Both the position numbers and the translations under genes were made by a program. The notes beneath the pieces were generated by a model. The model was not told the DNA's origin. It saw only the letters and a program-made list of their open reading frames with translations, and did not search any database. This document shows positions 1-15,000 of a DNA stretch of 64,000 bases, one piece after another (the stretch's first letter is position 1; each line of letters starts with the position of its first letter). The DNA comes from Klebsormidium nitens (Eukaryota; Plantae; Klebsormidiophyceae). The DNA lies in the NCBI GenBank assembly GCA_000708835.1, contig DF237063.1:62001-126000 (forward strand), written 5' to 3'.

Positions 1-1766
1 CCAAAGAACACGACCTCGAACCCCGTAAACTCAAACCCCTCCGGCCGCGAGTCCAGGTTCGGGGCATACACCGCATGTCTTGGGTGCGTGATCTCTAGGT
101 TTCCATATCTTGACGTCAAATACTCGACAGGCGCTAGCAAGTGCTGCGCCGCCCGTGGCCAGTTCTCCGCTCTGGTTTGCCGCGGGGCGCCCCCTGAGCT
201 TTGTTGGCTACCCCTTTTGGTTTTGACAACCCTGTTGCTAATGGAGGTGCTAGTGATGTTCTCCTTGGATTGCCGGTTGTCTTGACTGACTTGCTGATCT
301 CCGTTCGTTGTGCCAGTCCCCTCAGCGCGCTGACCTTTTCTAGACTTTCGAGAGGCGTTGGAGCTCTCTCCTTGTGGACTTCTACTCTGACTCGGTCTTT
401 GACTAGGTTGAGCAAGGACTGCATCAATCGTTTCCTGGGAGAGGTTTGGACTAGCGACATCACAGGCGGCAGGGGTGGGTAGACTGCGAGCTAGGTCCGA
501 TGGAGGGGTGGTGGATTCAGGCTGCATATGTACTAAGGATGGGGAATGAGTGGGAGGATTATCTGACGGCTCTTCTGCCAACACTTGGGAAGGGGGACCA
601 TGGTCTGATGAGGAATCTGAACTAGAGGCGGCAGCGGAAAGATCAGGCTGAGTGGACAATTGGGACAACGGAGCCAGACTCTCAATCGCATGGTGGGCGC
701 TGTGACTGCTACTAACTCCAGCATTGTTCGCTTGAGTACCATTGAGATTCAACGCTTGCTCGACCTGCGGCTGGACCTCCTTGACAAAGCTTGGCGAGAC
801 TTCATCTCTCTTTGCATTAAAACTGGCATCTGCGGGGGTGGTTGTGTGAGGAGGGCTAGAAGACCCCCCTTCGACTATGCTTTCCGGCTGGGAAATCGAC
901 AAGGGGCTTGCGACAGACCCTTCGGACGGTACAACCTGGCGTCCAAATGCTGTGTCCGACTTTTCGGACGCCACCACCTCACCATCGGACGCCACTGCCG
1001 GACTTTCGGACGGCGTTTGCGAGAACCACCGCTGACCGCCAAGACTGTGCAAAGGATGGTAGCCATTGGGCCAGCCAGCTTCCCTGGCATAAGCCCCGGA
1101 TACTGCCTCTCTCGCGCGCCTCCGCTCGAGCGCTCCAGTTTGCAAAAGTGGTGGCAGTGTGGGTGCGGATGTTTGAACGAGCTTCTGGGGGTGGAGCTGT
1201 CGGTCTGTCAGCTGGCGTTTGACTGCGGAAGGTTCTGAGATTGTGGGTGTGATCACACCTGCAAGGGTGGTAAGAAGGAGTCTCAGCCAGAACCTTTTCC
1301 TGAAGGAGGAATCAACCCAGTAAGTGCTGAAAGAAGTGTACCAACTTCAAATTGTGCTCGAGGGAAAATCATAAGTAACATTGCTTACAAATTGGAGATT
1401 GAAGTGCTGCGCCAGCATTGGCGTGCTCTGCAGGCACGATAAGTGGTGGAACTTCCATCAGTCTGCATTGACAGAACTCTTGAGGACCTAAGTACAACCA
1501 CCTGGCGCCAAATATTGCCAAGAGGAGGGAGAAGAACATCTTGGTGATGATCAACTATTGGAGAAAAAGTTGATGGCAGGAAGGAAAAAGACAAAGTCAT
1601 GAGAACAAAAGGGAATGGAACAAATTAAGCCCTACCTGATATTTTGCTGCAGGTCTGCACCTTCCCTGACCAGGAACCTTGCCAGCCACTTGCTAACCTA
1701 CGCGATGCTCGCTCGCCGACCAGCTGCCCACTTGGTGTTGCTCCTTCGAGCAGCCTGCTCAGCAAC
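1..1766 (-). CDS. Unidentified multi-exon protein, 3' part off the window edge. Exons 1702-1766, 1389-1462 and 1-1258; further upstream exons probable near 1910-2130.
   Basis: The frame from 1258 stays open to position 1 (about 419 codons); it has no stop, so the ORF track omits it. It reads VITPTISEPS...TGALERRRAREAVSGAYAREAGW...YAPNLDSRPEGFEFTGFEVVFF, with an S/P-rich middle. Two upstream small exons have GT-AG ends and matching phases (VAEQAARRSNTKWAAGRRASIA|LMEVPPLIVPAEHANAGAALQSPIC). Family not recognised. Confidence 0.6.
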
Positions 1767-3463
1767 CTGAAGGCCAACCCTGTACCCCGCTCCATTGGCA
1801 GATATGGTATTTGCACCATTCAATCATCCTACTTGGATCTGCGGAGTGCTGATCGAATGGTCCAGTGAGGTTCAATGGCAACTGTTGAAAGACGTCCAAG
1901 TTGAACCACACCATGCACTCGGTCGGAGCCTGGAGGTCCGCCTTTGCTTGGCTTTCGGCGTTCGCGCGATCTTTACACGGGGCGAAACAGATTGTATCTA
2001 TCGAACGGTCAAGGTAGAATCCAGAAGCAATCGTAAGGATAGAGTTGGAGCAAGAATCTTACGAATTGACGTGGCATATGTAAGATCCATTCGATTGGCT
2101 CTTGGCGAGAGCGAATCCAATAAACCTTTCGAGATCGATTCCGACATGCCCAATGTTGCCCATGATTTGATAAATTTGAAATACAGCAGGTGGAATTGAC
2201 AATATTGTGGATGCTGCTAAAACAGAAGTCTCCGACCAATCCTGACGGGTTTCAGCAACTTAGCACATCATTTGTTCAGCATACAGAATGTTGCTTTTAA
2301 TGCCAGCAAAAATAGTGCATCCTTACTATCCTTTGCTATCATTGCTTTGTTTCTGTGATCGCAACAAATTTTCATGCAACTTGACAGATGCAAGACCTTT
2401 CAGCAAGCTCCCGCCGGTCTTCTTAATTGAAGATTGATCTTCCAATCAACACGATTGTAACTGCATCTTGCATGCTCCATTCTGCATGCAGCCCTCACCA
2501 TGACAGGACTTGGAGTAGCATTTTAGATGTTGGATAGCATCAAAGTCACGTATTCCCATTGCTGGCGAAAACAAATGTATTATCTTGCCAAACCCATCCA
2601 AGATTGTCACGTGAATGTATTACACCAGATTTTTGCCAGGCCACTCATCGCACTGCCGCAATTAAAGTGGGCTCATATGATACTCTTGAAGGTATACTTC
2701 TGTTGCAAGGCGACTTGCGACCAAACCAACTTTATGGCTGGTTGAGGAGTACCATGCCGCTACGTCCAACGACTCCGTTCTTTTGAAGAGACGCTTCAAT
2801 GTTTCTATATCGATGTCAGCACCTAAACCCGTAGTACAAGTTCTTCAGACTCAACAATTATCATTCATCTTCTGGGCAGACTACAATTGTTCGAGCAAGA
2901 CTACGAATGCATTGATGTTATGCATCTTGACTAGTGTTTGAGGCTCGCCAAACAACCCAAACGAGTTGCATCCCTGGATGACTGCGCTTAATGTGTTCCG
3001 GCTCAAAACGCCTTGATACGACTATGTAGCTGCATCGCCAGTGCTACTTTGAAGTATGAAATTTGGCCAACCATTTCAATGTGAGATTCTTGAATTGAAG
3101 CTTTTGCAAACCTGCTTTGCTAGCGGCGGGCCAGGACAAAGGATATCAAATTCTTGAATCTGCCCATGCGAACTGAGTGATGGCTTTAAGGATCTTGTTT
3201 CAGAATCTCATAAGTACCTTGTATGAGCAGATGGCTGTAGGTTCAAAGATGGCATGGGAAGAGACTAGGGAGAAAGCTTGAAGATATCTAAGCCGTCAAG
3301 CTGAAGAACTTCGGCTACATGGAAATCAGGATCATTTGACTCTGTTCGTTTGCCCTGCAGATCAGCCCGGCCGCTATGCTTTGGATCCGTTTCAAGAATC
3401 GACAAGGTCAGTCTAAAGTAATACTAGGTCCAGTATGATCCGCGGGTGCCCTTTCAATGTGGT

Positions 3464-5133
3464 CTAATTATACTCTCGGAAGACACAGATCAGCGCAAAG
3501 CCAAATGTTGGCAGCAGTGACGCCCACGCACAAAATGCAAAACCAGCTGCTGCTTTCGCCAGTCCGCACATTTGGCCCTGTATTTGCGAATCGCATAGCA
3601 GCCCGTTTATTGTCGTAACCCCCGCTGCAGCGCATCCAGCCCCAAAGCTCAACAGGACCAGCAACTGCAAGGAACAGCAGTGTCATCATCCTCAAAAACG
3701 TGTTAAGAAAGTTGTGTCTGTGTGCCCCGGTATGTTCAAAGGACCGGGACGTCCGCCCTGGCAACTTGATGACACTTTTCGTATCAGCAAGCTATCAAAA
3801 GGTGGAAAGCGAATCAAGTTGATGTTATCAGCATAATTGTCATGCAACAGCTGCTTTCTAGACGAAGTGTAAAAGCAGGCCCTGCAGACCACATTGAACG
3901 GACAAACTGGGATCAAGGAAGACCTGGAAATCTTAGATGCGGAAGGAGGCGCATTGGGAAGGGTTGACATCGCGAGCTATGGTGTTGTTCGACCAGCCAT
4001 CGTCGATCGAGAAGGCCCTCAGAAACTCCCTGTAACTGCAGACGTTGCCCGTTGGCATCACTTCCAACAGCATCCCCATCTTTGTCAAGGACCATCTGTG
4101 GGGTTCTTTCACCCTGCTAGTGCAGATGACTGTGCTTCTCCTGCTCTTTGTCAAACTTGCAACTAAGCGTGGTTGCCATGGCCATATCAATTTTAATCTT
4201 GTCATCATCAAATATGACATCAATGTCAAGCTCACCGTGTCTGTGAGGAAGCAAGCCCAGATGCGCCATCTTGCCAATTGGAGGCGACCCCACCCGCACA
4301 ACTCAAACAGGTCCCGAAGCAGGATCCCCAAGCTCCAGACGAAGGTCAACACCATAGCTGCATATGCAAGAGTGGCCAGGGGCTTCAGAATCTTCTATTG
4401 TTGCTCCAGACTGCTCCCTCACTACCTCACGCCAAGTTTGCCAATCTTTCTGATTCTTTCAATAGCAAGATTCTTGCAGACTCAATTTGCGCAACCCTGC
4501 GCTCCATTGAATCTTCTCTGCCCACTAAGAAGCCAATTGCTGTTAGGCTGGTGCGCTTGCTGGAACTGATTGGCCAGCTTTTCCGTAAAGGCAATCTGAA
4601 CTGTGCTTGTGATGAGCTGCAGTTCCAATAATGAGTTGTGCAAAAATCAAATGGGAGAATCTTTGAAGGCTCCTGTGGCTTTGCTCACGCAGAACTTGCT
4701 CCAAAAGGCTTTTCCTGCAACCCAATAGTGTGGCCAGTCACAAGATTGAGACTGCGAATGCAGAGCCAAAGAGTTAAAGGTAAGCTCACTTACCCGCAAC
4801 CAGAAAGCTGAATGGTGGGAAGTCTGAGTAATGCAGGTTGACTGATATCTTGGTAAAGCCGGTGTGATATGAGTAGCTCTGGTTTGAGGACGCCATGAGG
4901 GAGAAGGACACCAGAGAGCAGAGGGCTTGGAGAGAGCGGATGCCCAGGCTCAACATGGCAGTTGACTTGGGGCGATCCTCCAACATGAGATGCCGCCCGT
5001 AGCCAGACGAGGCTGCTGGGGGAAGGCCCTCCTGCATAGAGAGGGGTGGTGGCGGCGGCCTTCCTGCTCCCCATTTGTTTCCAGTTGGTCGGGGCCGATG
5101 GTTGGAGGAATTTGTGTGGTCCATGCTCCCCAA
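3464..5133 (-). CDS. CASPL: CASP-like (DUF588, MARVEL-type four-TM) membrane protein. Exons 4794-5133, 4236-4357, 3464-3664.
   Basis: GT-AG exons join in phase 1 then 0. The motifs LSLGIRSLQALCSLVSFSLMASS, YSDFPPFSFLVAA, LTFVWS, LLSFGAGCAAAGV and C...AAAGFAFCAW match the CASPL TM1-TM4 pattern. Confidence 0.85.
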
Positions 5134-5982
5134 ACTCTGATTCTCAGGGGTGAAAGCTGCTGCCTTGCAAGTGCAACGTCTACAGGCCGCAGTTGATGCA
5201 AAAGAGTTGGCCTTTCAAGTATCAACAAGTAGCATCGATTCAAGATTGGTCGCAAATAGCTACACAGTCTATCAAAGACTGCTCCACTTGATGCTGTCTG
5301 CAGGCATGCAGGCTCTGGAGGTGATCAAAGATCAGCAGATGATTCTGCTATGCTGCAATGACAAAGCTGATTCAAACTTTGCTGCCAGTCTATTCAACCC
5401 GCTCCAGAGACAGCTGAATGCAATGCGAAGCTCTCGCCAGCACAGCCAGCTGCATTGCATAGAACCTTTTCCGTGAGTTCTACTTGGTTGCACCAATCAT
5501 CAGCTAGAAAAGGAAAGCGACGCTGATCAGAGACAGCTTGACCAGTATCCCGCCACCATACCCAGAACCTCCGGTAGGTCCAGTGGTCAACCCTCCTACC
5601 GGGGCCTCTTAACAGGCCACAGGGCGGCGTTTATGGTGCTAACAAAACCCCGACAACTGCGACCCTTACGACTGCTCAACACCCAGAACACCAATGCAGC
5701 GTTCCAACCAGATTTGCTGTACAAGACAGACAGCGCTGGCGGCGCTGGTGCGTAGGGCAGCGTAGGACCCAGGTACTACGGTACCTAGGTAGCGCTGGGT
5801 AGCGCTAGCTGTAGCCTCAGTCTCTGTCACGGTACTCAGTGTCCGTAGCTGAGGAGTCAGGAGTCAGGACTCTGTGCTCGCATTCAAATTTGTACTGGCC
5901 TTCCTCTTCCGTCACGTGGTGGGGCTGGGTTCCGATTGACCTGGCATTCCAGCCTGAGAAGAACAGGGCCCGCAGAGGACAT

Positions 5983-5991
5983 GGCGCCAAA
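5983..5991 (-). promoter_or_regulatory. E2F-binding element (TTTGGCGCC) upstream of PCNA
   Basis: GGCGCCAAA on + lies about 450 bp upstream of the PCNA ATG and just before a probable 5'-UTR intron (gtacgc...cacgcag ending at 6423). E2F control of plant PCNA promoters is established. Confidence 0.55.
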
Positions 5992-6315
5992 GCGCGCGCG
6001 GACAGGCTCCGCTTCCTGCCCGGTACGCACCTGCAACCTGTCCCTCCGACTCCCGCCTGACGTCCCCCGCCCACATCTGCCTTTCCAAATCATCCCCCGG
6101 CCTCAAAATGAGGGGGAGGCTCTCGGGTGCCGGGCGGAGAGACAATCGATCGGTGCCCGGGATGAGTAAAACACCGGTACCCCGGTCCCTTATGCATAGC
6201 GGGAGCTGTGCTGCTGAGTTTTGAGCAGCCATTTTCAAATTGTGCATGCCCTTCACTTTCCAGATTCCAACTTCCTCTCTGTTGCTCCATACCGGTAATC
6301 CATTCCGCCGTCTAG

Positions 6316-8356
<2,041 letters not shown>

Positions 8357-9046
8357 GATAGACCGTTCCTGTACATTAAAACGATATTGTTGCTGCTACG
8401 CATCTGAGGATGCACATGCCAAGACAAAGCCATGAGTCGTGGCGAATTAAGCAAGCTGTTATCCGAGGCCATCCTTTGGCCCAATTCTTTCAACTGATGA
8501 GCGACCATGACCGCATGTACTTTTCATGGTGATACAATGGCTTCGAATGAGACGATACCTTACACGTTCAATGGTCGAACCTGATTCTCAGCTCATGATC
8601 AACGTAGAGCAATGCATGCATAACGTGGGTTATGTTTTAAAAGTATTGCAGGCCCGCATACGTGTGTTCATGCATGCTCCTAATCCATGTGCATGGCACA
8701 CATTTACTGTTCTGATATCTTGGTCAGAGCTAAGAACCATTACTGCAGTGACGCGCCTATGAATCTGTATGTAGGCAGCATTTGTCGCTGTGATAGATGG
8801 CATGGGCATTGAGCACAACAATCAGCTATATAGAGGAACTTTCTAAAGCGGGCGGCCTTGCATGAATTTTGTACAGGAGTTACCCGGACCACCTACACGT
8901 AGACCTATACAGCAGCTAGGCAAACCTGCCCGCAACCGTAACGGCGCCCACGTATTGGTCCTCAAACCTGATCAAGGCACCGTGCAATTGTACAATAACT
9001 TCCTGGCGCACCTTCAATATGTACAGGTTCGATTGTGAATGAATGG

Positions 9047-12000
9047 CTAGGTACCTAGGATGGTGTCAATGAGCGCCGCGGACCCCTTGGCAACGTCGAC
9101 GTTCGCGTTGAATGGGCTGTGCTCGTCCAGAACTTCCATGGTCATGGCCATCTGCAAAGAAAGACCGTTTCAGAAAACGCATCCGCTAAAAGAGTCGCTG
9201 ATGCACATACTAAACATGGAAGGTGGAAGTCGGTATGTTGTAGATTTGGAGGTTCTTCCTTGAAAACACATTGCGTCCATTTCAACAGACAAGTGGAATG
9301 TTTTCACATTTCCCGCCATCTTCAACGGGCAGGTTCGGCCCAAAAAAGCTATCAACTCTCACGGTAGGTCTGACCCACACGCCAAACTGACCGGCAACTT
9401 CCACCAACACCTAGCGGGACGAAAGAGAAGCCCAACCGGGCGGACTTGTCATCTTCGAAAGGAGATTCTGATCAGCTGGGTTTTTTGATGGGGCTGGTAT
9501 ACTAAAAACAAATGTCCGTCTGCCAGAGTAAAAAACTTCCGAAAAGCATTGTGAGCGCCCACCTGCGCCATCTCCCGCCGCAGGAAGTCCGAGACCGCCC
9601 GTCGGAAGTTGGGGTCCCGGATGTAGTGCGCGCTGAAGGTGGGCGTCGGCAGGTAGCCGCGCTGGATCTTGTGCTCGCCCTGCGCGCCCGCCTCCACGCG
9701 CTTCAGCTTCATCTCGATCGCGGCTTCAATCGCCTGGGGGAATATAGGCAACCCTTCTAAGAAGACCGCGATTTGTTGCTGATTGCCAGACGGTGTTACA
9801 AGACAATCATAGGTAGTGTCTTCGAAGAGCTTCAGCTTCCACTTTGTTGCAGTCTCATCTGCCGCCGTTGGCTCGGGATCCTGAGAAATCCCAGTAAACT
9901 ATTGCGGAGCGCGGAAGATGTCAGTCACTCGCAGCCCTGGTTGCATGAAGGTCTCCAAAGGACAGATTTTGCCTGAGACACGAAGGCTCGACGATCTGCT
10001 TCTTTGAACCTCCAATTGGTGATACTCGGTCAAAGATGACGCGCAAAAGCCAAAACCTTGCTTTGCAAAGACGTGACCGTGCAGGTTGCTTACTATACCT
10101 ATGCAAGAGAACGAGAGTCGCCACCGTTGGTGTGGGCGTGTCAGGAACTGCTTGCCGTTGTTGTGTCGGCAAGTTTATAGTAACTGGGAGGGGTAGGGTT
10201 AGTATGGGGGTTAGGGTGGGTACGGGTGCGGAGCGGGTGATTATTTGGGTTGGGATTTTAGTGTTAGCTCCGTTCTTACTAAAACTTGAGCTTACAGTAA
10301 ATGTTTCAGAGAGAAGTATGACTCTCCCCAACTGCACAACTGGACGGTAGTAGCAGCCCAAGAACTGCCGGTTAGGTGCTAGAAATTACCCGTTCGAGGT
10401 CAGCAGCTAGCTAACAGGAGGATCCTCCCTCCATTCCAGGAGAGCCGACCCGAAGGAGCAGAATGGCACGAAGCCCAAACTTGATAACAGCAGGCCTCAA
10501 AGGCGCGTCCCGTCGCAGACATCAACCGTTGAAATACAGCAAGAAGGCCAAAAACACAACCGCCAGACAGTCTGTGCGCCTGAACTCGCAACCCGTAATA
10601 GCAGCCCTTGAGCGCTGGTCTGGTGGCAGACGAAGAGCCTATGAACCATCACAGAAGGGATGCGCACACCTTCGTCTTTCCAACGGGAACGACCACAATG
10701 CGAAGATCCACATATAGCCCGTACCGGAGAAAGGGCCAGCCTCAAAGTGCTAGTCTAATGGCCGACGTCAGCAATTACGTGGTTAGCAACAAAGAAGAAT
10801 CCGGCCTCCTCAGTTCCTCTCACGCCAGGACGCAAAAAAGAGAAAAGACAAACTCGCACCTGGTAATAGCAGGCTTCGAAGTGCAGGTTGGGGTAGTGCC
10901 GCCGGCCGTCGCAGCCCCAGTTGCGACCGAAGAGCGTGTCCCCCCCGATCAGGTTCAGCGCTCCCCCGACCAGTTCCCCGTCGTCTTCGGCCATCACGAG
11001 CAACACGTCGTCCGCCATACGCTCCCCGAGCAGGTGGAAAAAGTCGCGGGTTAGGTACGGGGTGCCCCACCTGAAGAAAGCGGAGGTTTCGGGGCGGTTA
11101 GCCTTTTGAAACTTGGAAATCTAAGCTGCTGACCATTTTGCTGGATAGAGAGGAGTTCTAGGTGAGTCTCGGGTTAAGATTCTTACGATGGAAAAGTTGC
11201 GGGTCAGGCACGGGGTTCCTCATCTAAACTGGAACGTTGAAGGCGGTTAGCGTTCTGAAGTTCGGCGTCGGCTGTTGTAAATTCCGGCTAGTTCGCAAAT
11301 CTGGGTTATAAAACTGAAACTGAAAAAGTTACGCGTCAGGCACGGACTGCTCCCTCAAAGGACCGGTTTACGGCGGTCAACGTTTTGTGTTTGCAAATCC
11401 AGCTCCTGGCTCCGAGAACTTAGTCGAGACGGGTTCTATATGGCTTTGGGGTCACGATATTCATGACCAAAGAAGTCCCGGGTGAGGTACGGGACGCCCC
11501 ACATCAAGCAAGGATCTCGGTCGGTTAAGGTTCTGGGTTTTGGTGATCTGTGGTTCTGAGTTTTGGTCCTCTAAGGTTCTTGGATAAGGTCGCTTCCGAT
11601 TCTGGGTTTCTGGGTTTCACGATTGATCAAAAAGAGTTCTGGGCAAGTCTTAGGTCAGGAGATCCATGATGGAAGACGTCGCTCGCCGAAACCGTGCTAA
11701 GGGGATCCCTTTACTGTAAGCGGCGCAGAGAAATCTGCAGCGAAGTAATGCTCGGATGCACGATATCAAGATGCGGGCGGCTATCGCCATCAACGAAACG
11801 AGTTTGAGGCGAACGGCAAAAGTGAATCTAGATCTGCCGAGAGGTTCCAAGGCTTTTCATCCGCTTTGTTGTTTTTACTCTAGTCTTTACAAAAGGGTTG
11901 GACCACCCAGCTTCGTGAGAGCATTCTGCCCGGCAAGTTTGGGTGCGAGGTTTTAGGTACTATGCTCTCAAGGAAATCTCGTTTGCAAGGTCACCAATCC

Positions 12001-15000
12001 AATCCAGGACGCTACTGTTGGCAAGAGAACGGAAAGTTCAAAGAAACGGACCACTCACTTCATATCCGTGGTGTTCCGGTAGAATTGATAGAACGCGTCC
12101 CAATGGATCGGCTGCATATGCAACGGCAGAAGGGTAAGAATTGGGAGAGCGGCTGCGGAGGAATGACACAGGCGTGACACCACATTCTTTGTCTAATTGG
12201 TTTGACAAGGAGCTGTTACCCTGCCCCCTTGCTGGTAGCTTGAAATGGAGTAATGCAAGTTTGGGACGGTTAGATTTAGGTTACGCAAATCTTACTGCGC
12301 TGCACAAGAAAAGCTCGGAACAAGAAAATGAGATGTCGTCGATTGGAGAGAAGTACAACTTTCGGGAGTCGAGCTGCCACTGTCTAAGCAGCGAGCGTGC
12401 AAATTGTGCGCCTTTGTCCGATCGCTTAAACAAGACCTTTTGTTCAGCAGTGATAATCTACTCGACATATCGGAGCGAGCAGGCCACCTCTGACGATTCC
12501 GACCTCGGTTTACAACCACCAAATCTTCCCTCCATCTCGCACGGCGCAGCCTCAGGCCCGTCCACAAGGCTTGGCTTTGCCACAACACTCACTTCGGCCT
12601 TCCCGGGATCTTGTCTAACAAAAAGAAGACCCGAAAGGCCACCCACAAGCAAGAAACCGGTGCCCTTTACTACCGCCCTAGCCTTAGAAGCCCCTGGGGG
12701 CATACCTCGGACAATCCAATTCGCAGAACTCAAGAATTCCAACACTACAAGAGCTGAGAAAACTTGACACCCCAACACTGACCCTTCGAAATCCGATTCA
12801 AGAAAGTCCTATATCCTTCTAAGTACTGCGCGGACATCACTTTGGTATCCCCCCCGACAGTCGATGGCCCGACTATGAAGAGCTTACAAGAGAAACCCCG
12901 AGGTTCTCATACGACCTGCCCTGGGGTCGTCATACGACCTGCCCCAGGCGACCATACGACGCAATCAAGAATCCATAAGCGAGTGCGTCACCTTGATGTC
13001 GTCCCCCCGCAGCCGCAGCAGCTTGACGTTCTGCTCGCGCACTTTCTTGCGCTCCTTGCGCACGCTCGCGCGCTTGCTCGACCGGAAGTCCATCAGGAAG
13101 GCGTCGAAGCTGCGGCGAAGAGACAACGGTCAGAGCCACATTCCCTTGCATACAGCGCTCGTTGACGTTTCTTCTGAGAGTGATAGGGCGGCAGGGGAAG
13201 GAATCTCTGTTACCCAGTCATTAGGGATGCGTCAAGCTGCGGTCAAGAGACACCGGTCAAGGGCACCTTCCCTTCCGTTGAATGCTCACGGATGTTTTGT
13301 CTGAGGTTACTAGAGCCGCAGGAAAGAGACCGTTGTTACTCGGTCCTCCCTCGTGCTAACGCGTCGAAGCTTCGGTGAAAGACAGCAGCCAAAAACAACT
13401 CTGCCTTAAGGCTTCGCATGGGCCGCAAAAGCAATCATGTAATATAGAGTCACTCCGCTCCTTTACTCAACCATCAAGCAAGTCATGCAATTGCAGCGCG
13501 ACGAGACCACTGTCAAGGAAACGCTTCCTTTTCCTTAACCTTTCTCAACCTTTGAGCGATAGGTTCCGCAAGGCAATCTCAATCTGTTCGTTCCGTCCGC
13601 CAGCAGTAGAACGGCAAAGCTGCGGGGTAAGGCAACGTGCTTCATTGCACCTCACTTGCATCTTCCTGAGACAAGGGCTAAACTTCCTTTCTCCTTATTC
13701 CGCAGTACGCTTCTCTCCCAGTCGCCACAGCCGGTGTTGCGAATCAAGTGTGTACGGAGGAGAACCCCAGAAAAACGTGGATCGTGCGCAGCGAATCCCT
13801 TTGGGCATTGCCCTGTCGAATAAGCAGCAAGCGGATAACGACAAATCAAGCGATGCCAACAGAAATGTTCGCATCGAGCTTTCAGCTCGGACCACCAACT
13901 TGAAAGATGGATGCAACAAGCAAAGAAGGACTGAAGAGGATTAACGCAACCGCCGCAACTGCCGGTTTGGAGTGGACCTGACGCTAGTGAAGTGAAAAAC
14001 TGAGAGAATTGGTTCGAGTCAAAGGTCGGAACAGGCGTGCCTGTCGTAGTCCCTATTAAGCCAGTGGTATTGCACGCCAACTCGCCGCAGGAAGCCTTGC
14101 TTGCCCATCGTGTCCCAGTCGCGCTGGACTGGGAATGTGCAGTGCAAGGAAGAGACGCCCATCTGTAAAGCAGAGCAAATAACCGATGATGACCGATAAT
14201 CTCAGAACATAGATGATCTTAGAGATGGAGAACAGCTCTGAAATTGCAAGTGCTGAGAACGACAATGACCAGGTTTCAAAGCTGCAGATTCGGCACTGAA
14301 TTTGAAGATGAGAACCGGAAGTTTGCGTGCCCTGCACCAGTACGAACCCTTCAGAAAACAACCAGCTCTTCAAAGCGTTGCAAGTCCTTGCGGCCAGAGT
14401 TACTCCCTATTATCGCGTGCGCACCGTATCGGCCAGCTGTACCATAGCTTGGCACAGCCCCGCAGAAACGACTTCCGAGTGCGGCCCGTGCCGCACGAGC
14501 AGGCGCGGGCCGGTGGCGGGGGTGAAGGGGACGCACGACTGGAGCTTGGGGTAGTAGGGGACGCCGTAGCGGTGGTGCGCGCTGGCCCACGAGTGGTCAA
14601 ATACGTACTCGCCCTGAGAATGCCTATATCAAAGATGAGACTTTCAGGACTAAGATTCGGTTGCCTCCTAATCGTTGCTTCCCAGATTCGAGGGTCTAGA
14701 TGTTCTGTGCTAAAAGGGCTCGCCGTAGGGGTGGTGCGCGCTGGCCCACGAGTGGTCGGATACGTACTCGCCTTGAGAGTGCCTATGTTGGAAATTGATT
14801 GTTTCAATATTAGCATCGGCTTTAATTGTAAGTGGTTCGTTTCCGGAATCTAGGACCTGCATTCTGTGTTAAGAGGGGCATGCCATAGCGGGGTACCCGC
14901 TTGCCCACGAGTGGTCAAACACGTACTCACCCTGAGAGTGCCTGGTTTCCAAAAGCAGAGTTTCAGAGTTTAAAAATCTCCTGAAATTTGGTTCAGGAAC

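Noticed and set aside
660-1238. 192-aa plus-strand ORF (also 201-482)
   Set aside because: In-register antisense shadow of the open minus-strand exon.
2200-3420. Stop-interrupted plus-strand frames that might be a pseudogene or viral remnant
   Set aside because: No recognisable motif in any frame; may be introns, UTRs or upstream exons of the left-edge gene.
5150-5476. 108-aa plus-strand ORF with a coiled-coil-like start
   Set aside because: GTG start, no recognisable motif or splice support, and it lies in the CASPL upstream/UTR region.
10205-10220. TTAGGG/TTTTAGGG telomere-like words (also about 44520 and 53945)
   Set aside because: Isolated single units, not arrays.
12141-13944. ORFs 12141-12767 and 13375-13944 (+) inside FemAB-like introns
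   Set aside because: No domain motifs or coding-type codon bias; they are antisense intronic chance ORFs.
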